Shown here piece after piece: positions 25,078 through 37,147 of a DNA stretch of 64,000 nucleotides. Source of the DNA: Mobula hypostoma (taxonomy: Eukaryota); assembly GCF_963921235.1 (NCBI RefSeq), contig NC_086107.1, positions 108,998,001-109,062,000 on the forward strand, read 5' to 3'. Position 1 is the stretch's first letter. The number at the start of each line of letters is the position of its first letter. Position numbers and translations under genes: made by a program. The notes beneath the pieces were generated by a model, which saw nothing but the letters and a program-made list of their open reading frames with translations, had not been told where the DNA came from and ran no database searches.

Positions 25078-25278
25078 ACACAGCAACATGCACAAAATGC
25101 TGGAGGAATTCAGCAGGTCAAGTAGCATCTATGGAAATTAATAAACTGTCTGCATTTTGGACCAAGACCCCACAGACACATGCATGCATACATACGTACA
25201 CACACAAACACACATGCTTGCGTAAGTAAAGACTCACAAATGCACATACACACACACACGCGCGCACGCACACACATA

Positions 25279-26680
25279 TTCTGGAGTGGTTGCAGAGGAC
25301 TGAAAAATTGCAAACGTCACTCCATTCTTTAAGAAGGGAAGGAAGCAGGAGAAAGGAAATTATAGGCCAGTTAGCCTGACTTCAGTGGTTGGGAAGATGT
25401 TGGAGTCCATTATTAAGGATGAGGTTTCAGGGTACTTGGAGATGCATGATAAAATAGACCAAAATTTCCTTAAAGGGAAATCTGTCTGACAAATCTGTTG
25501 GAATTCTTTGAGGAAGTAACAGGCAGGATAGACAAAGGAGAGTCAGTGAATGTTGTTTTTTGTGAAGAAAAAGAATTTCAGGATGTATATTATATACATT
25601 TCTCTGACATTAAATGTACCTATTGAAACCTATTGGATCTTCTGAGCCTTTTGAAAAGATGCCAAACATAAGCCCATGGGAAAGACACTAGCATGGATAG
25701 AATATTGGCTGGCTGCAAGAGGCAAATAGTGGGGATAAAGGGAGCCTATTCTGGTTGGCCGCCAGTTACAAGTGGGATCAGTATTGGGACCGTTTCTCTT
25801 TACGTTTTTTGTCCGCGATTTGGACGGCAGAATTATGGCTGTGTTTGCAGATGATAAAAAGATAGGTGGAGGGGCAGGTAATGTTCAGGAAGCAGGAAGT
25901 CTGCAGGAGGACTTGGGCAGATTGGGCGAATGGGCAAAGAGGTGGAAGAGGGAATAGACTGCAGGGAAGTGTATGGTCAAGGAATAAAGGTATAGACTAT
26001 TTTCTAAACACGGAGAAAATTCAAAAATCAGAGGTGCAAAAGGACTTTTGAATCCTTGTGCAGGGTTCCCTAAAGTTTAACTTGCAGGTTGAATCAGTGG
26101 TGAGGAAAGCAAATGCAATGTTAGCATTCATTTCAAGAGGACTAGAATATAAAAGCAAGGATGTGTTGCTGAGTGATTGGTTAGACCAAATTATGGGCCC
26201 CTTATCTAAGAAAAGGTGTGCTGGCATTGGAGAAGCTCCAGAGGAGTTTCACAAAAATGATTCTGGGAATGAAAGTGTTAACACATAAGGAACTTTTGGG
26301 CCTGAATAACTGGAGTTTAGAAGAATGAGGGGAGATCTCATTGAAATCTATCAAATACTGAAAATGTGTATATGGAGAGAATGCTCCCCATAGTGAGTGA
26401 GTCTTGGGCCAGCCTCAGAACAGAGGGATGTCCATTTAGGACAGAGCTGAGAAGGAATTTCTTTAGCCAGAGGGCAGTGAACTTGTAGAATTTGTTGCCA
26501 TAGGGAGCTGTGGAAGCCAAGTCATTGAGCATGTTCAAAGGAAAGGTTGAAAGGTTCCTGATTAGTTTGGGTGCCAAAGGTTACTGAAAGAAAGCTGGAG
26601 AATGAGGTTGAGAGCGATAATAAATCAGCCGTGATGGAACGACAGAGCAGAAGCAATGGGCCGAGTCTAATTCTGTTTCT
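25279..26680 (+). mobile_element. Degenerate CR1 LINE (RT region to 3' UTR)
   Basis: Encodes ANVTPFFKKG...NYRPVSLTSVVGKMLE, GSVLGPFLF, FADDKKIGG and KANAMLAFISRG, with many indels. Confidence 0.9.
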
Positions 26681-26689
26681 ACATCGTGT

Positions 26690-27092
26690 GGGGTGGCTAG
26701 ATGGAGATATATCTCTAGCAAAGGAGGTGTAAGGTGCTCTTTCCCTCTACTAGCCTGCAGGTCACCTTTGGACAAGGTGTAGCACCTGCTTAGCCCCTCA
26801 ATCAGGGTCACATGAAGCCACGGGAGCAGGTGGTGGACGGTCATATGAGCAGCTGGTGCATATCACAAGTGCAGGTTATGTGACCACTGACGCTAGGCAG
26901 ACAATCTTTGAAGAGTATTGATAATGGCTGGGGTCGCCCGTCTTGTAAAGGCACTGCCCAGGCAAAGGCAATGGCAAACCACTTCTGTAGAAAAATGTCC
27001 CAATAGGAGTCATAGTCATGGATAGAGGAAAGAGTAAGCAGATTAAATACAGATGGAAGACCATGATCGCTCACCTCATACAACATGGCACA
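26690..27092 (+). mobile_element. RTE (BovB-like)-derived non-autonomous element
   Basis: Contains aaggcaatggcaaaccacttctgta (BovB/Sauria-type signature, from recall) and ends RWKTMIAHLIQHGT followed by a (GAT)n tail. Confidence 0.6.
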
Positions 27093-27190
27093 TTGATGAT
27101 GGTGATGATGATAATAATGATGACGATGATGAGGATGATGGTGATGATGATGATGATGATGATAATGATGGTGATGATAGTGATGATGTC
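27093..27190. repeat. (GAT)n microsatellite (element tail)
   Basis: Directly visible. Confidence 0.95.
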
Positions 27191-27264
27191 TTATGGTTTT
27201 ATGGACAACCTACCTATGTGCTGTGGATACAAGAGATACGGAACATCCTACGGCCAGTGGCTCA

Positions 27265-27835
27265 TCTCCCAAACACCCAAAACTTACTTGGCAAATACAA
27301 GGTACAGGTCAGGAGCGTGGTGAAACACTGTACTTAACTATATGAGTGAAATTCTAACAACTCTCTAGAAGTTCAACATCATCCAGGATGGAACAACCCA
27401 CTTGATTAGCATTCCGTCTACCCGTCACCCCCCTCCCCAACCCCACAAGCATTCACTCCCTCCATTTCTGGTCACAGTGACGGTCATGTACACTGTCTAC
27501 AAAATGCTCTACAGTCACTCACCCACACAGCAGCACACCAGTCCATGGACTCTGCCACCAGGAAGGTCAGAGGCACATGGAAAGTCCACTTCCCACTGAC
27601 TGCCTCCAAGTCGCACACAGTCCGGAACTGGAAAGACAACACCATCATTGTGGGATGGCTCCTCCAAGTTGCACACAGTACAGAAATGGAAATATGACAC
27701 ATTTCCTTCATCATTCTGGGGTTTAAATACAGGAACAACCTCCCCAGAAGCACCTACTGCAGTTCAAAATGGCTGCTCGCCTTCCCAAGGGGTGGGCCAT
27801 AAATGGAGCCTATCTACCTTGAATAAATAACAAAA
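27265..27835 (+). mobile_element. Old CR1/L2-class LINE 3' fragment
   Basis: Encodes YKVQVRSVVKH (a YKAQVRSVMEY-type motif). The 3' end gggccataaatgg...tgaataaataacaaaaa resembles 9130-9225. Confidence 0.55.
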
Positions 27836-28708
27836 ATCTCCTTTAACAAAATCAAGAGTATATCTCTTTTCATCCGTTTCTCCCCACTCATGACAATTAT
27901 GTACACTCAATAAAACAACCACCTCTAATTAACGAAAGATAGAAGGATGAAGTTATAAACTCTACTCTGATCTCTGACCAGAAATCAAAACACCTGATTC
28001 TCTGCAAAACTCCTCTAATCCCTGGATTCTTCAAAGTCCTGGACTGTGAGTCTGAGTAATCTCGTTAAATATCATTGGTATCAGAGAAAAAGAATATATA
28101 AAGCACAACTGAGGAATGGAGATGAGGCGTGTGATGAAAGGGCTGTATTTTTATGAGGACTGTGCTCGCGGTGAGTAAGTGGTATCCGGTTTGCCTCTGA
28201 CTCTCAATATTCCACTATTCATATATTCCACCGTCCCTTTCATTCTCTGCACCCCTATTCACAACAGGAAAAAAAAAGGATTAAAATAGCCCGGGTCAGA
28301 AATAGTTGCAATTAGAATTTCAATTGCAAGTTCATGAAAATTCGATGTCTTTTTCAAGTGCAAAACAGGTTTTGTATCTCGACTAAAGGGCCCTGATATC
28401 CAGAGGTGTGCACATGTGTTTGTGAGTCTCTGGTATGCCTGAATGTATACGTGCATAGCTGTTCGTGTATTTACATGTGGGCGATGCAGGCTTACCCCTG
28501 CGCATCGGAGTATCTGTGCATATGTGTTTGCATCTGTGTAAGGGTTTGTGTGGCTCTCTGTGCCTGCGTTTACATGTTTGTACATGCATGTATATTCTTG
28601 TATATAATTCTGTGTGTTCATATGTTTATGGATGTATGTAAGTGTCTATTCATGCTAGAACATATATGTGTCTGTCTGTTCAGGTATCTGCCTTGTATGA
28701 TTTGTATA

Positions 28709-29195
28709 CAGAACTGTGCAAAAGTCTTAGGGATATATATATAGCTAGGGTGCCTAACACTTTTGCTCAGTACTGTAGTAGTTTTATGTATTGCACCGTA
28801 CTGCTGCAAAAAAGAACAAATTTCATGACATATGTGAGTGATGATAAACCTGATTCTGATACGGGTCTCTATTGTGGACTGAGAGTGGGAAGGGGGCAGG
28901 GAGAGGAGAATCACAGTTGGGAAAAGGGGAAGGGAGAGGAGAGGGAGCGGGAAGCACCAGAGAGACATTCTGTAATGATCAATAAACCAACTGTTTGGAA
29001 TCAGATGACCTTGCCCGGTGTCTCAGGACTGGGTGTGTCTGCACCCACGCCACCCACCGCACCCTCCCAATGCCCCTGGCACTTCTCTGCCTCTTAACCC
29101 ACACCCTCCCACAGTGCTCCTCCTTCGCCATTCCCAACATCCTTTGCTCCCGCCCGATTTACAAATTTGCCCTCTGTTCCACATTGACAATGCAG
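28709..29195 (-). mobile_element. Composite Tc1-type MITE, copy 3 (one end lost)
   Basis: cagaactgtgcaaaagtcttag...ctaacacttttgctcagtactg palindrome plus the reverse-complement core. Confidence 0.7.
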
Positions 29196-29409
29196 TGCGG
29201 TTCATTCGTGGCAACAGCATATCTGAGTATAACTGTTTTTCAGCTGTGTGTGTGTGTGTGTGCGAGAGAGAGAGATATTGCTCACACACACAGAGTTCTT
29301 GGATGTTCGAGAATGATTTTCCACAAAGAGTTAAAAGGCAACTCAGAACCTCAGATGGAGACACAGAAATGCTGGGATCGACCACACTTAGCACAAAAGG
29401 CCACATAAA

Positions 29410-29980
29410 AATAGAATGTAATGGCGAGGCTTTAAAGGCATTGGTCCAACCATACTTGGAGTACTGTGAGCAGTTTTGTGCCCCTTATCTAAGAGAAGAT
29501 GTTCTGGCATCAGGGAGGTTTACGACATCCATTAAACACTGCTCACACATTAGAGAAAGTGTTAATGTGTGAGGAGCATTTAATGGATCTGGGACTGTAT
29601 TCACTGGAGATTGGAAGAATGAGGGGGGGGGGATCTTTTTGAAACCTACCAAATGCTGAAAGGCCAAGGTAGAGTGGACCTGCAGAGGATCTTTTCATTA
29701 GTGGGAGAGTCTGTGACCAGCGGGCACAGCCTCAGAGTAGGAGGATGTCCCCCTTAGAGCAGAGATGAGGAGGAATTTCTTCAGTCAGAGAGTGGTGAAT
29801 CCGTGGAATTTTTTTGCCAAAGGTGGCTGTGGAGGCCAAGTCATTGGGTATATCTAAAGCGGTGGATAATAGGTTCTTGATTAGTCAAGGAGAAGGCAGG
29901 AAAGCTGGGTTGAGAGGGCAAATAAATCAGCCATGATTGAGTAGCAGAGCAGAGTTGATGGACCAAATAATTCTGCTCTT
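29410..29980 (+). mobile_element. Degenerate CR1 3' fragment
   Basis: Encodes KALVQPYLEYCEQFCAPYLREDVLA, followed by a CR1 3' UTR (aaatcagccatgattga). Confidence 0.8.
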
Positions 29981-30427
29981 AATCCCAGTCATGGCTTTGA
30001 CCACTCACTTAGACTCTAGTTTGCACCTGACTCGGAGTTCATCCTCGTTCTGCACTCTGGACTCTCGGCTGATGTTCCAATCTAGTGAGTGAACATCAAG
30101 ATTTCCAGACGATTGGATGTGATATTCAGAAACACTTTACTGTTTGTAGGAGACTTCTATCTCAATTTTTGGTTAACGCTACTGCCCTGGCATTGAAGAG
30201 CAAGGATGTAATGCTCAGGCTTCATAAGGCACTGGTGAGGCATCACTTGTGAGCAGTTTTGAGCCCCTTATCCAAAAAAGAGTGTACTGACACTGGAGAA
30301 GATCCAAAGACAGTTCACAAAAATGATCCCAGGATTAAAGGGCTTCTCATGTGAGGACCAACTGATGGGCTTCTACTCACTGGAATTCAGAAGAATGAAG
30401 GGATATCTCATTGAAAACTATCAAATG

Positions 30428-30564
30428 TAATGAAAACCAATTTCCCCCGGGATCAATAAAGTATGACTATGACTATGACTATGACGATGACTATGACTAT
30501 GACAATGACAATGACGATGACTATGACGATGACTATGACTATGACGATGACAATGACAATGACA

Positions 30565-30599
<35 letters not shown>

Positions 30600-30660
30600 A
30601 ATGACGATGACTATGACGATGACTATGACTATGACGATAACGATGACGATGACGATGACT
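30428..30660 (+). repeat. Rex1-type 3' stub with an expanded (ATGACN)n hexamer tail
   Basis: aatgaaaaccaatttcccccgggatcaataaagta matches 33854-33888. About 200 bp of ATGACT/ATGACG/ATGACA follow. Confidence 0.85.
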
Positions 30661-30791
30661 AGATGAACTGGAAGAAGTTGCCCTCTGGTGCCACCTTTAG
30701 CTCCTCCCGGCAAAGGAGCACAGATGGTTTATCATTTTCTATTCTGATAAAGTAGATTGATGTAAAATGGAGTGTGTGCTCTTCAATTTCC

Positions 30792-31108
30792 TCCAAGAGG
30801 ACTGCAACCTAGACATAGGGTTTGGAGGCTTGCGTGCCTCAACGACCTGGAGAGCGATATTGACTGGAGTCAGGGCCCTGTGCTATGGCTCTTGGTGGGA
30901 TCACCACACAGGTCAAAGGGTAAAGGTTAGGCTGAGAGTGTGGTCTACTGGTTCTCCAGGTTCAAGGGTTCAACTCAAGACTAATAACCCTGACTGGTAA
31001 AATAAAATTGGAACGGAAGCAGCAACAAAGAATCCTTCTATAGCTGTATGTGGAAGGGATGGAGGACTTTCATTGCTGCCCTAACTGCTAGTGGTCAGTA
31101 AGGTAAGG
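30792..31108 (+). mobile_element. Bipartite RTE-derived non-autonomous element (5' UTR fused to 3' end)
   Basis: ggcttgcgtgcctcaacgacc (Expander/Rex3-like 5' UTR) joined to tggaggactttcattgctgccct (WRTFIAAL). Copy at 40583-40957. Confidence 0.65.
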
Positions 31109-31334
31109 ATAATGGTTCCAATACCTCTCTCGGTGTTGTAGCCGGGCTCCGTTTCTTATCTCCCGGTTACATAGTAGTGTGCAGATTATACACAACCAGC
31201 TCAGCCCAGCTCTGCCAGTGTAAACCTCCTCTGCCTAAGGACCCATTGGGAAGACACTGTCAGATAATATTATTCTTACATTATGTGTCGTGACCTAACA
31301 TATCAATGCTTTTCAAATGATCTTACCCACTGAA

Positions 31335-31937
31335 TTAGCAATCATTTCAAGAGGTTTGAAGTATAAAAGCAAGGATGTGACGCTGAAGCTTTATAAGTCA
31401 CTGGTTAGGCCGTACTTGGAGCATTGTGAGCAGTTTTGGGCCACACTTCTAAGAAAAGATGTGCTGGCATTAGAAAGAGTTCACAAGAATGATCCCGTGA
31501 ATGAAAGGGTTAATGTATGAGGAGAGTTTGATGGTTCTGGGCCTGTACTCACTGGGTTTTTAGAAGAATGTCAGGGGCCCTCATTGAAATCTATTGAATG
31601 CAGAAAAGCCTAGATAGATTGGATGTGGAGAGGATGCTTCCGATAGTGAGGGAGTCTGGGACCAGAGGGCACAGCCTCAGAATAGAGGGACGTCCTTTTA
31701 GAAAAAAGAAGAGGAGGAGTTTCTCAATCCAGAGGGTGGTGAATCTGTAAAAAATCATTGCCACCGATGGCTGTGGAGGCCAAGTTATTGGGTATATTTA
31801 GTAAAGGCAACAAACATTACAGGGAGAAGACAAGGGAATGGAGTTGAGAGGGATAATAAATCAGCCATGACGGAATGGTGGAGCTGATTCGATGGGTTGA
31901 ATGGCCTAATTCTGCTCCTATGTCTTATGGTTTTATG
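31335..31937 (+). mobile_element. CR1 3' fragment
   Basis: Encodes ISRGLKYKSKDVTLKLYKSLVRPYLEHCEQFW. Tail tcttatggttttatg. Confidence 0.88.
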
Positions 31938-32198
31938 AATTAATCCTGAGTTGGTGTTATTTTCAGATGGTTCTGTGATAAAGCCAAGTCACTCACTGCC
32001 CTGTGTTGACTGTCAATGTGAAAACAATGGCATTCACTCCATTAAGGGTGTGAAGGGTCTCGGCCCGAAATGTTGATTATTTGCTCTAGCGCTTTCAGTG
32101 TGTTCCTTCCCAGTTCTAGGAAAGGGTTTTCCAATTAACCCCAGTCACTTGTTCTTCATGAACGCAGCAGGCCAGGCAGCATCTCAAGGAAGAGGTAC

Positions 32199-32234
32199 AG
32201 TCAACGTTTCAGGCCGAGACCCTTCGTCAGGACT
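32199..32234 (-). ncRNA. Minimal hammerhead motif on the opposite strand (GUU cleavage triplet)
   Basis: Reverse complement reads AGUC-CUGACGA-AGGGUCUCGGCCU-GAAA-C-GUU-GACU. Confidence 0.7.
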
Positions 32235-32254
32235 ACAGTCGACGTTAGTCCTGT

Positions 32255-32290
32255 AGTCCTGACGAAGGGTCTCGGCCTGAAACGTCGACT
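32255..32290 (+). ncRNA. Minimal type I hammerhead ribozyme motif (Penelope-type)
   Basis: AGUC-CUGACGA-A-GGG(UCUCGG)CCU-GAAA-C-GUC-GACU: complete core, stem I AGUC/GACU, palindromic ACGU stem III. Confidence 0.8.
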
Positions 32291-32544
32291 GTACCTCTTC
32301 CTAGAGATGCTGCCTCGCCTGCTGCATTCACCAGCAACTTTGATGTGTGTTGCTTGAATTTCCAGCATCTGCAGAATTCCTCGTGTTTACTTGTTCTTTA
32401 CCTACATCTCGCCAAATTTTTCACCTCAAGTTTCAGTCCTATCGTCTATGGAATTCATTGTTTAATCAGCCCAGTGATTCAAAGGCAGCTCAAATGAAAA
32501 GGACAATCACCTTTTCCTCAGTGTTAACAAATGAAAAGTGCTGG

Positions 32545-33230
32545 TCATTGACTTCAGAAAGGCGTGGTCCTGTCTACATCAAAGCTGCTGAGATTGAGAG
32601 GGGTGAAGGCTGCAAGTTCCTTGGTGTGAACATCACCAATCGACTGTCCTGCTCCAACCACGTTGACGTCACGACCAAGGAAGCCCACCAACACCTCTAC
32701 TCTCTCAGGAGGCTAAAGAAATTCAGCTTGACCCCGGTGACCCTGGCCAACTTTTATCGATGTACCATAGAAAGCATTCTGTCTGGACGTCCAACAGCTT
32801 TGTACGCGCGACTGCAAGAAACCAGAGGGAGCCGTGGACACACAGGAGCCAGCCTTCCCTCTATGGACTACACTTCTCACTGTCTCAGTCAACCAGCCAG
32901 CAGAATCAAAGACCCCAACCCATCCCGCACCTTCTCTCTTCTCCCGTCTCCCATCAGGCAGAAGATACAAAAGCCTGAAAGCTCGTATCACCAGACTCAA
33001 GGAGAGTTTCTGTCTCATGGTCATCAGGCTCTTGAACAGACCTCGACAACATGGAATCCTGGCCCGATAATCGACCTCGTTATGATCTTGCATTTTATTG
33101 ATTCCCTGTAGCTGTTGCACTTTATTCTGCATTGTTACTGTTTTTACCTTGTTCTAGCTCAATGCATTGTGTAATGATTTGATCTGTATGAACAATAAGC
33201 AAGACAAGCATTTCACTATATCTTACGGTA
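32545..33230 (+). mobile_element. Rex1/Babar 3' fragment
   Basis: Encodes CKFLGVNITNRLSCSNHVDVTTKEAHQHLYSLRRLKKF...NFYRCTIESILSG and LPSGRRYKSLKARITRLKESF. Confidence 0.88.
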
Positions 33231-33482
33231 CGTGCAGGCAGGAGGCACAGGAGATGGCAACTCTCTAAGTACACGAAACGGCAAGACCATAGTTCCAAGC
33301 CTAATGTTTGGGGTCCAGTCATCGGCAAGTCCAGAGTCAAGACCTGGACTTCAGGGTCCTAATTCATCATCATTGGCAAACCGTTTCCTCGACACCAGAG
33401 AATGAAGCCCAAGGGTCGATCAAAAGCCCTGAGTCAGTGAGTCCACCGGGAAAGACGAAGCCCATTACGGCTTCCAGACCAT

Positions 33483-33905
33483 TCAGGCTGACCGGAAATG
33501 CACTGAGAGTGGTAAGCATAAAGGGGTTGGGTGCTTACTGTTCTGGTTAACAACAGATGGTGCAATCCGGGTCATATTACAATCGAGGAACGTGTTTGTA
33601 GACCGGATATTGAACTTTTTACTGTTGGACTTCGGCCATATTCCACCGAGATACAACACTGGGCGGCACGGGAGGTCGTTCCTGCCTGTGGCCATCGACC
33701 TTTGCAGCTCCTCCCATGGAGGGTCAGACACCCTGAGCCAATAGACTGGTCCTGGACTTATTTTCCATCTGGCATAGTTTGCATATTGTTGTTTGATTGT
33801 TTGTGGTTTTTGTATTGCTATATTTATGCTCTGTTCTTGGTTGGTGCGGCTGTAATGAAACCCAATTTCCCTCGGGATCAATAAAGTACTTCTATCTATC
33901 TATCA
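33483..33905 (+). mobile_element. Internally deleted Rex1/Babar derivative (endonuclease segment fused to 3' end)
   Basis: VLVNNRWCNPGHITIEERVCRPDIELFTVGLRPY (APE-domain-like) runs directly into RSFLPVAI-type C-terminal sequence and a 3' UTR with a (CTAT)n tail. Confidence 0.7.
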
Positions 33906-34167
33906 TTGCCTGTGAATCAGTGAGACCACTGGAGGCTGGAGGCCGGAGACGGCCTGACCAGGGGATTGGAAGACCTTGCACGTGCACGGATGGGAGGAAA
34001 GGGGAATGTTTTTCAGTCGCTGTGTTCTGCGTTGTTCTGCCGAGCATTGTGGGCATGCTATGTTGTCACTGGAATGAATGGCGACACTAGTGGGATGACC
34101 CCAGCGCACCCTTAAGTTGTGTTAGTGCTAACACAAATGACGCATTTCACTGTTATCTTTCAATAAA

Positions 34168-34515
34168 CACTCAGTGGCCACTTTATTAGGTACACCTATA
34201 CTGCTCATTGATGCAAATATCTAATCAGCTAATCACGTGATGCATAAAAGTATGCCAACATGGTCAAGAGGTTCAGTTGTTGTTCAGACCAAACATCAGA
34301 AAGGGGATGAAATGTGATCTAAGCGACTTTGACTGTGGAATGATTGTTGGTGCCAGACGGGGTGGTTTGAGTATCTCAGATTCGGCTGATTTCCTGGGAT
34401 TTTCACCCACAACAGTCCCTAGAGTTTACAGAGAATGATGTGTAGAAAAAAACCATCCAGTTCTGGGGACAAAAAAGCTTTGTTATTGAGAGAAGTCAGT
34501 GGAGAATGGCCAGGC
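34168..34515 (+). mobile_element. Tc1-like element, left TIR and transposase N-terminus
   Basis: TIR cactcagtggccactttattaggtac. Encodes KCDLSDFDCGMIVGARRGGLSISDSADFLGFSPTTVPRVYRE (paired-like HTH). Confidence 0.85.
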
Positions 34516-35054
34516 AGAAGAGCAACATGTATATAAAATCAATGGCTCTCATACCCCATGGATCAAGTATCCAAATGAATGCCTTCCGCGGATTCCATAG
34601 CTTTAGCTGGTGAGGAGATGGTAGGGGAGCCGGGAGCTTAGGAAAATCCCCGTATTAAAGGCCAGAGTATTTTGTTGCCACCACACAACATCAGATCTGA
34701 AAGAAACCACGAAGCAAGAGACAAGTAGAATTATATCAATGCCTCCTCTCAGTGACATGACAGACTTTGAAAGCTGGTAAAGGGAATTCTCGGAAAAGAT
34801 TTGGAATAAAGCTATCATGCTGAGAGGCCTGTCTTCTGAACCCATCACCAGTGACACCTATTCAGTTACTCTGTCTTTGATAGGGATGAGTTCTCCCTAA
34901 TTGTTCCCAGGACTCCTCTGTCATTTAGCTTCCCCCAGGAGGCCATGTCTTCAGGGGTCTTCAAATGAGTAGGACAGGATCTGGGGATTCCCATTCTTTT
35001 TACCCCATCCCACAGTCTGGCCTTAAATCAACCAAAATTTCTACTCGGATTTCT

Positions 35055-35740
35055 AGGATCTCCCAGTGGCCACACATTTTAATTCCACGTCAGGATCTCC
35101 CAGTGGCCACATATTTTAATTCCACGTCCCATTCCCATTCTGATATGTCCATCCACGGCCTCCTCTACTGTCAAGATGAAGCCACACTCAGGTTGGAGGA
35201 ACAACACCTTATATTCCATCTGGGTAGCCTCCAACCCGATGGCATGAACATTGACTTCTCTAACTTCTGCTAATGCCCCACCTCCCCTTCGTACCCCATC
35301 CCTTATTTATCTATTTATTTATTTATTTATTTATTTTCTTTTCCCCTTTTTTCTCTCTTTTTTCTCCTTGTGTCCCTCTCACTATAACTCCTTGCCCATC
35401 CTCTGGGTTTTCCCCTCCCCTTTCTTTCTCCCTAAGCCTCCCGTCCCATGATCCTCTCCCTTCTCCAGCCTCGTGTCCCTTTTGCCAATCACCTGTCCAG
35501 CTCTTGGCTCCATCCCTCCCCCTCCTGCCTTCTCCTATCATTTCGGATCTCCCCTCCCCTTCCCATTTTCAAATCTCTTACTAGCTCTTCTTTCAGTTAG
35601 TCCTGACGAAAGGTCTCAGCCCAAAACGTCGACTGTACCTCTTCCTAGAGATGCTGCCTGGCCTGCTGCGTTCACCAGCATTCTTTGTGTATGTTGCTTG
35701 ATTTTCAAGCATCCGCAGATTTCCTCGTGTTTGCGTTTCA
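35055..35740 (+). mobile_element. Penelope 3' fragment (GIY-YIG C-terminus, pyrimidine tract, pLTR with a mutated hammerhead)
   Basis: Encodes QDLPVATYFNSTSHSHSDMSIHGLLYCQDEATLRLEEQHLIFHLGSLQPDGMNIDFSNF. agtcctgacgaaaggtctcagcccaaaacgtcgact has GAAA changed to AAAA. A ~37-bp tandem duplication lies at the 5' end. Confidence 0.88.
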
Positions 35741-35942
35741 AAATTTCTACGCACTGTTTCCCCTCCCCACCACTGCCCTGTTTTGGAGGACAGAGTTTGA
35801 GATTCCCAGCAATGAAAGCACACAGAACATTGCAGCACGATACAGGCCCTTTGGCCCACATCGTTGTGCAGACCTTTTAACCTACTCTAAGATCAATCTA
35901 ACCTTTTCCTCCTATATATCCCTCCATACCTCCTATATATCA

Positions 35943-36980
35943 CTTCAACAGGTAGTGGATTCAGCTCAGTCCATCATGGGTAAATCCCTCCCAACTATTG
36001 AACACATTGACATGAAATGCTCTGGTAGGAAAGCAGCAACTGTAATCAGTGTTTCCTCACCACACAGGCCACGATCTCTTCTCTCTGCTGCCATCAGATA
36101 CAGGGGCCTCAGGACTCGCACCACCAGGTTCAGGAACAGTAACTACCCCTCAACCATCAGACTCTTGAACAAAAGAGGACAACTACACTCACTTGCCCCA
36201 TCATTGAGATATTCCCACAGCCAATGATCTCACTTTAAGGACTCTTTCTCTCATTATCTTGTGTTTTCATTATTTATTGCCATTTATTTATATTTGCACT
36301 TGCACAGTTTATGGTCTTCTGCACTGGTTGATCTTTCATTGATCTTGTTAAAGTTACTATTCTATAGTTTTGCTGAGTATGCCAGCAGGAAAATTAATCT
36401 CAGGGTTGTAAATGGTGACATATATGTACTTTGATAATAAAATTTACTTTGAACTTTGAACTTTTATCTACCATCCATGCGCCTGCCTATGTTTCTTAAA
36501 TGTCTCTAACGTACCTGCCTGCAGCAAAACCCCGACAATGTTTGAAATTCAAAGTAGATTCATTATCAAAGTACACATATGTCACCATATACAACCCTGA
36601 GATTCATTTTCTTGCGGGCATTCACATAAAACAAAGAAATATAATAAAGTAAACGAAAAACTCATGATACAATATGTGACAGGCAACCAGCATGCAAAAG
36701 AAGGTTCAGGAGTCTGATGGTTGAAGAGTAATAACTGTTCCTGAACCTGGTGGTGCAGGACCTGAGGCTCCTGTACCTCCTTCCCCAAGACAGCAGTGAG
36801 AAGAAGGCATGGCCTGGATGGTGGGGGTCCTTGATGATGGATGTTGCATTCCTTGTAGATGTGCTCAGTGGTGGAGAGGGCTTTGTCTGTGATGCACTGG
36901 GCTGCATCTTCCACCTTTTGTAGACTTTAACGTTCTTGGGCATTGGTGTTTCCATACCAGGCTGTGATGCAACCATTCCA
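35943..36980. mobile_element. Two Rex1/Babar 3' fragments, tail to tail (+ 35943-36463; - ~36545-36980)
   Basis: Encode QQVVDSAQSIMGKSLPTIEHI...TTRFRNSNYPSTIRLLN (+) and SIIKDPHHPGHAFFSLLSWGRRYRSL (-). Confidence 0.82.
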
Positions 36981-37147
36981 CCCACCCACCACTGTCTGTA
37001 TCAAAATCTTACCTCTAACATTCCCCGCATGCTTTCTCTAATCATCTGAAAAGTATTTATTTTATTTTATTGAGATACTGGCCCTTCCAGCCCTTCGAAC
37101 CAAACTGCCCTGCAATCCCCAATTTAACCCTGGCCTAATCACAGGAC

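Larger units (their letters stand above)
32159..32390. mobile_element. Palindromic Penelope pLTR cassette
   Basis: 80-bp inverted arms (32159-32238 / 32251-32330) with a 12-bp spacer. The right arm continues as a pLTR to ~32390. Confidence 0.88.

Noticed and set aside
28400..28705. Cys/Val-rich ORFs
   Set aside because: Degenerate (TG/TA)n low-complexity sequence.
30411..30713. Poly-Asp/Tyr, (MT)n and (VI)n ORFs
   Set aside because: Translations of a hexamer microsatellite. The same applies to 27018-27337 and the (CA)n ORFs at 38264-38756.
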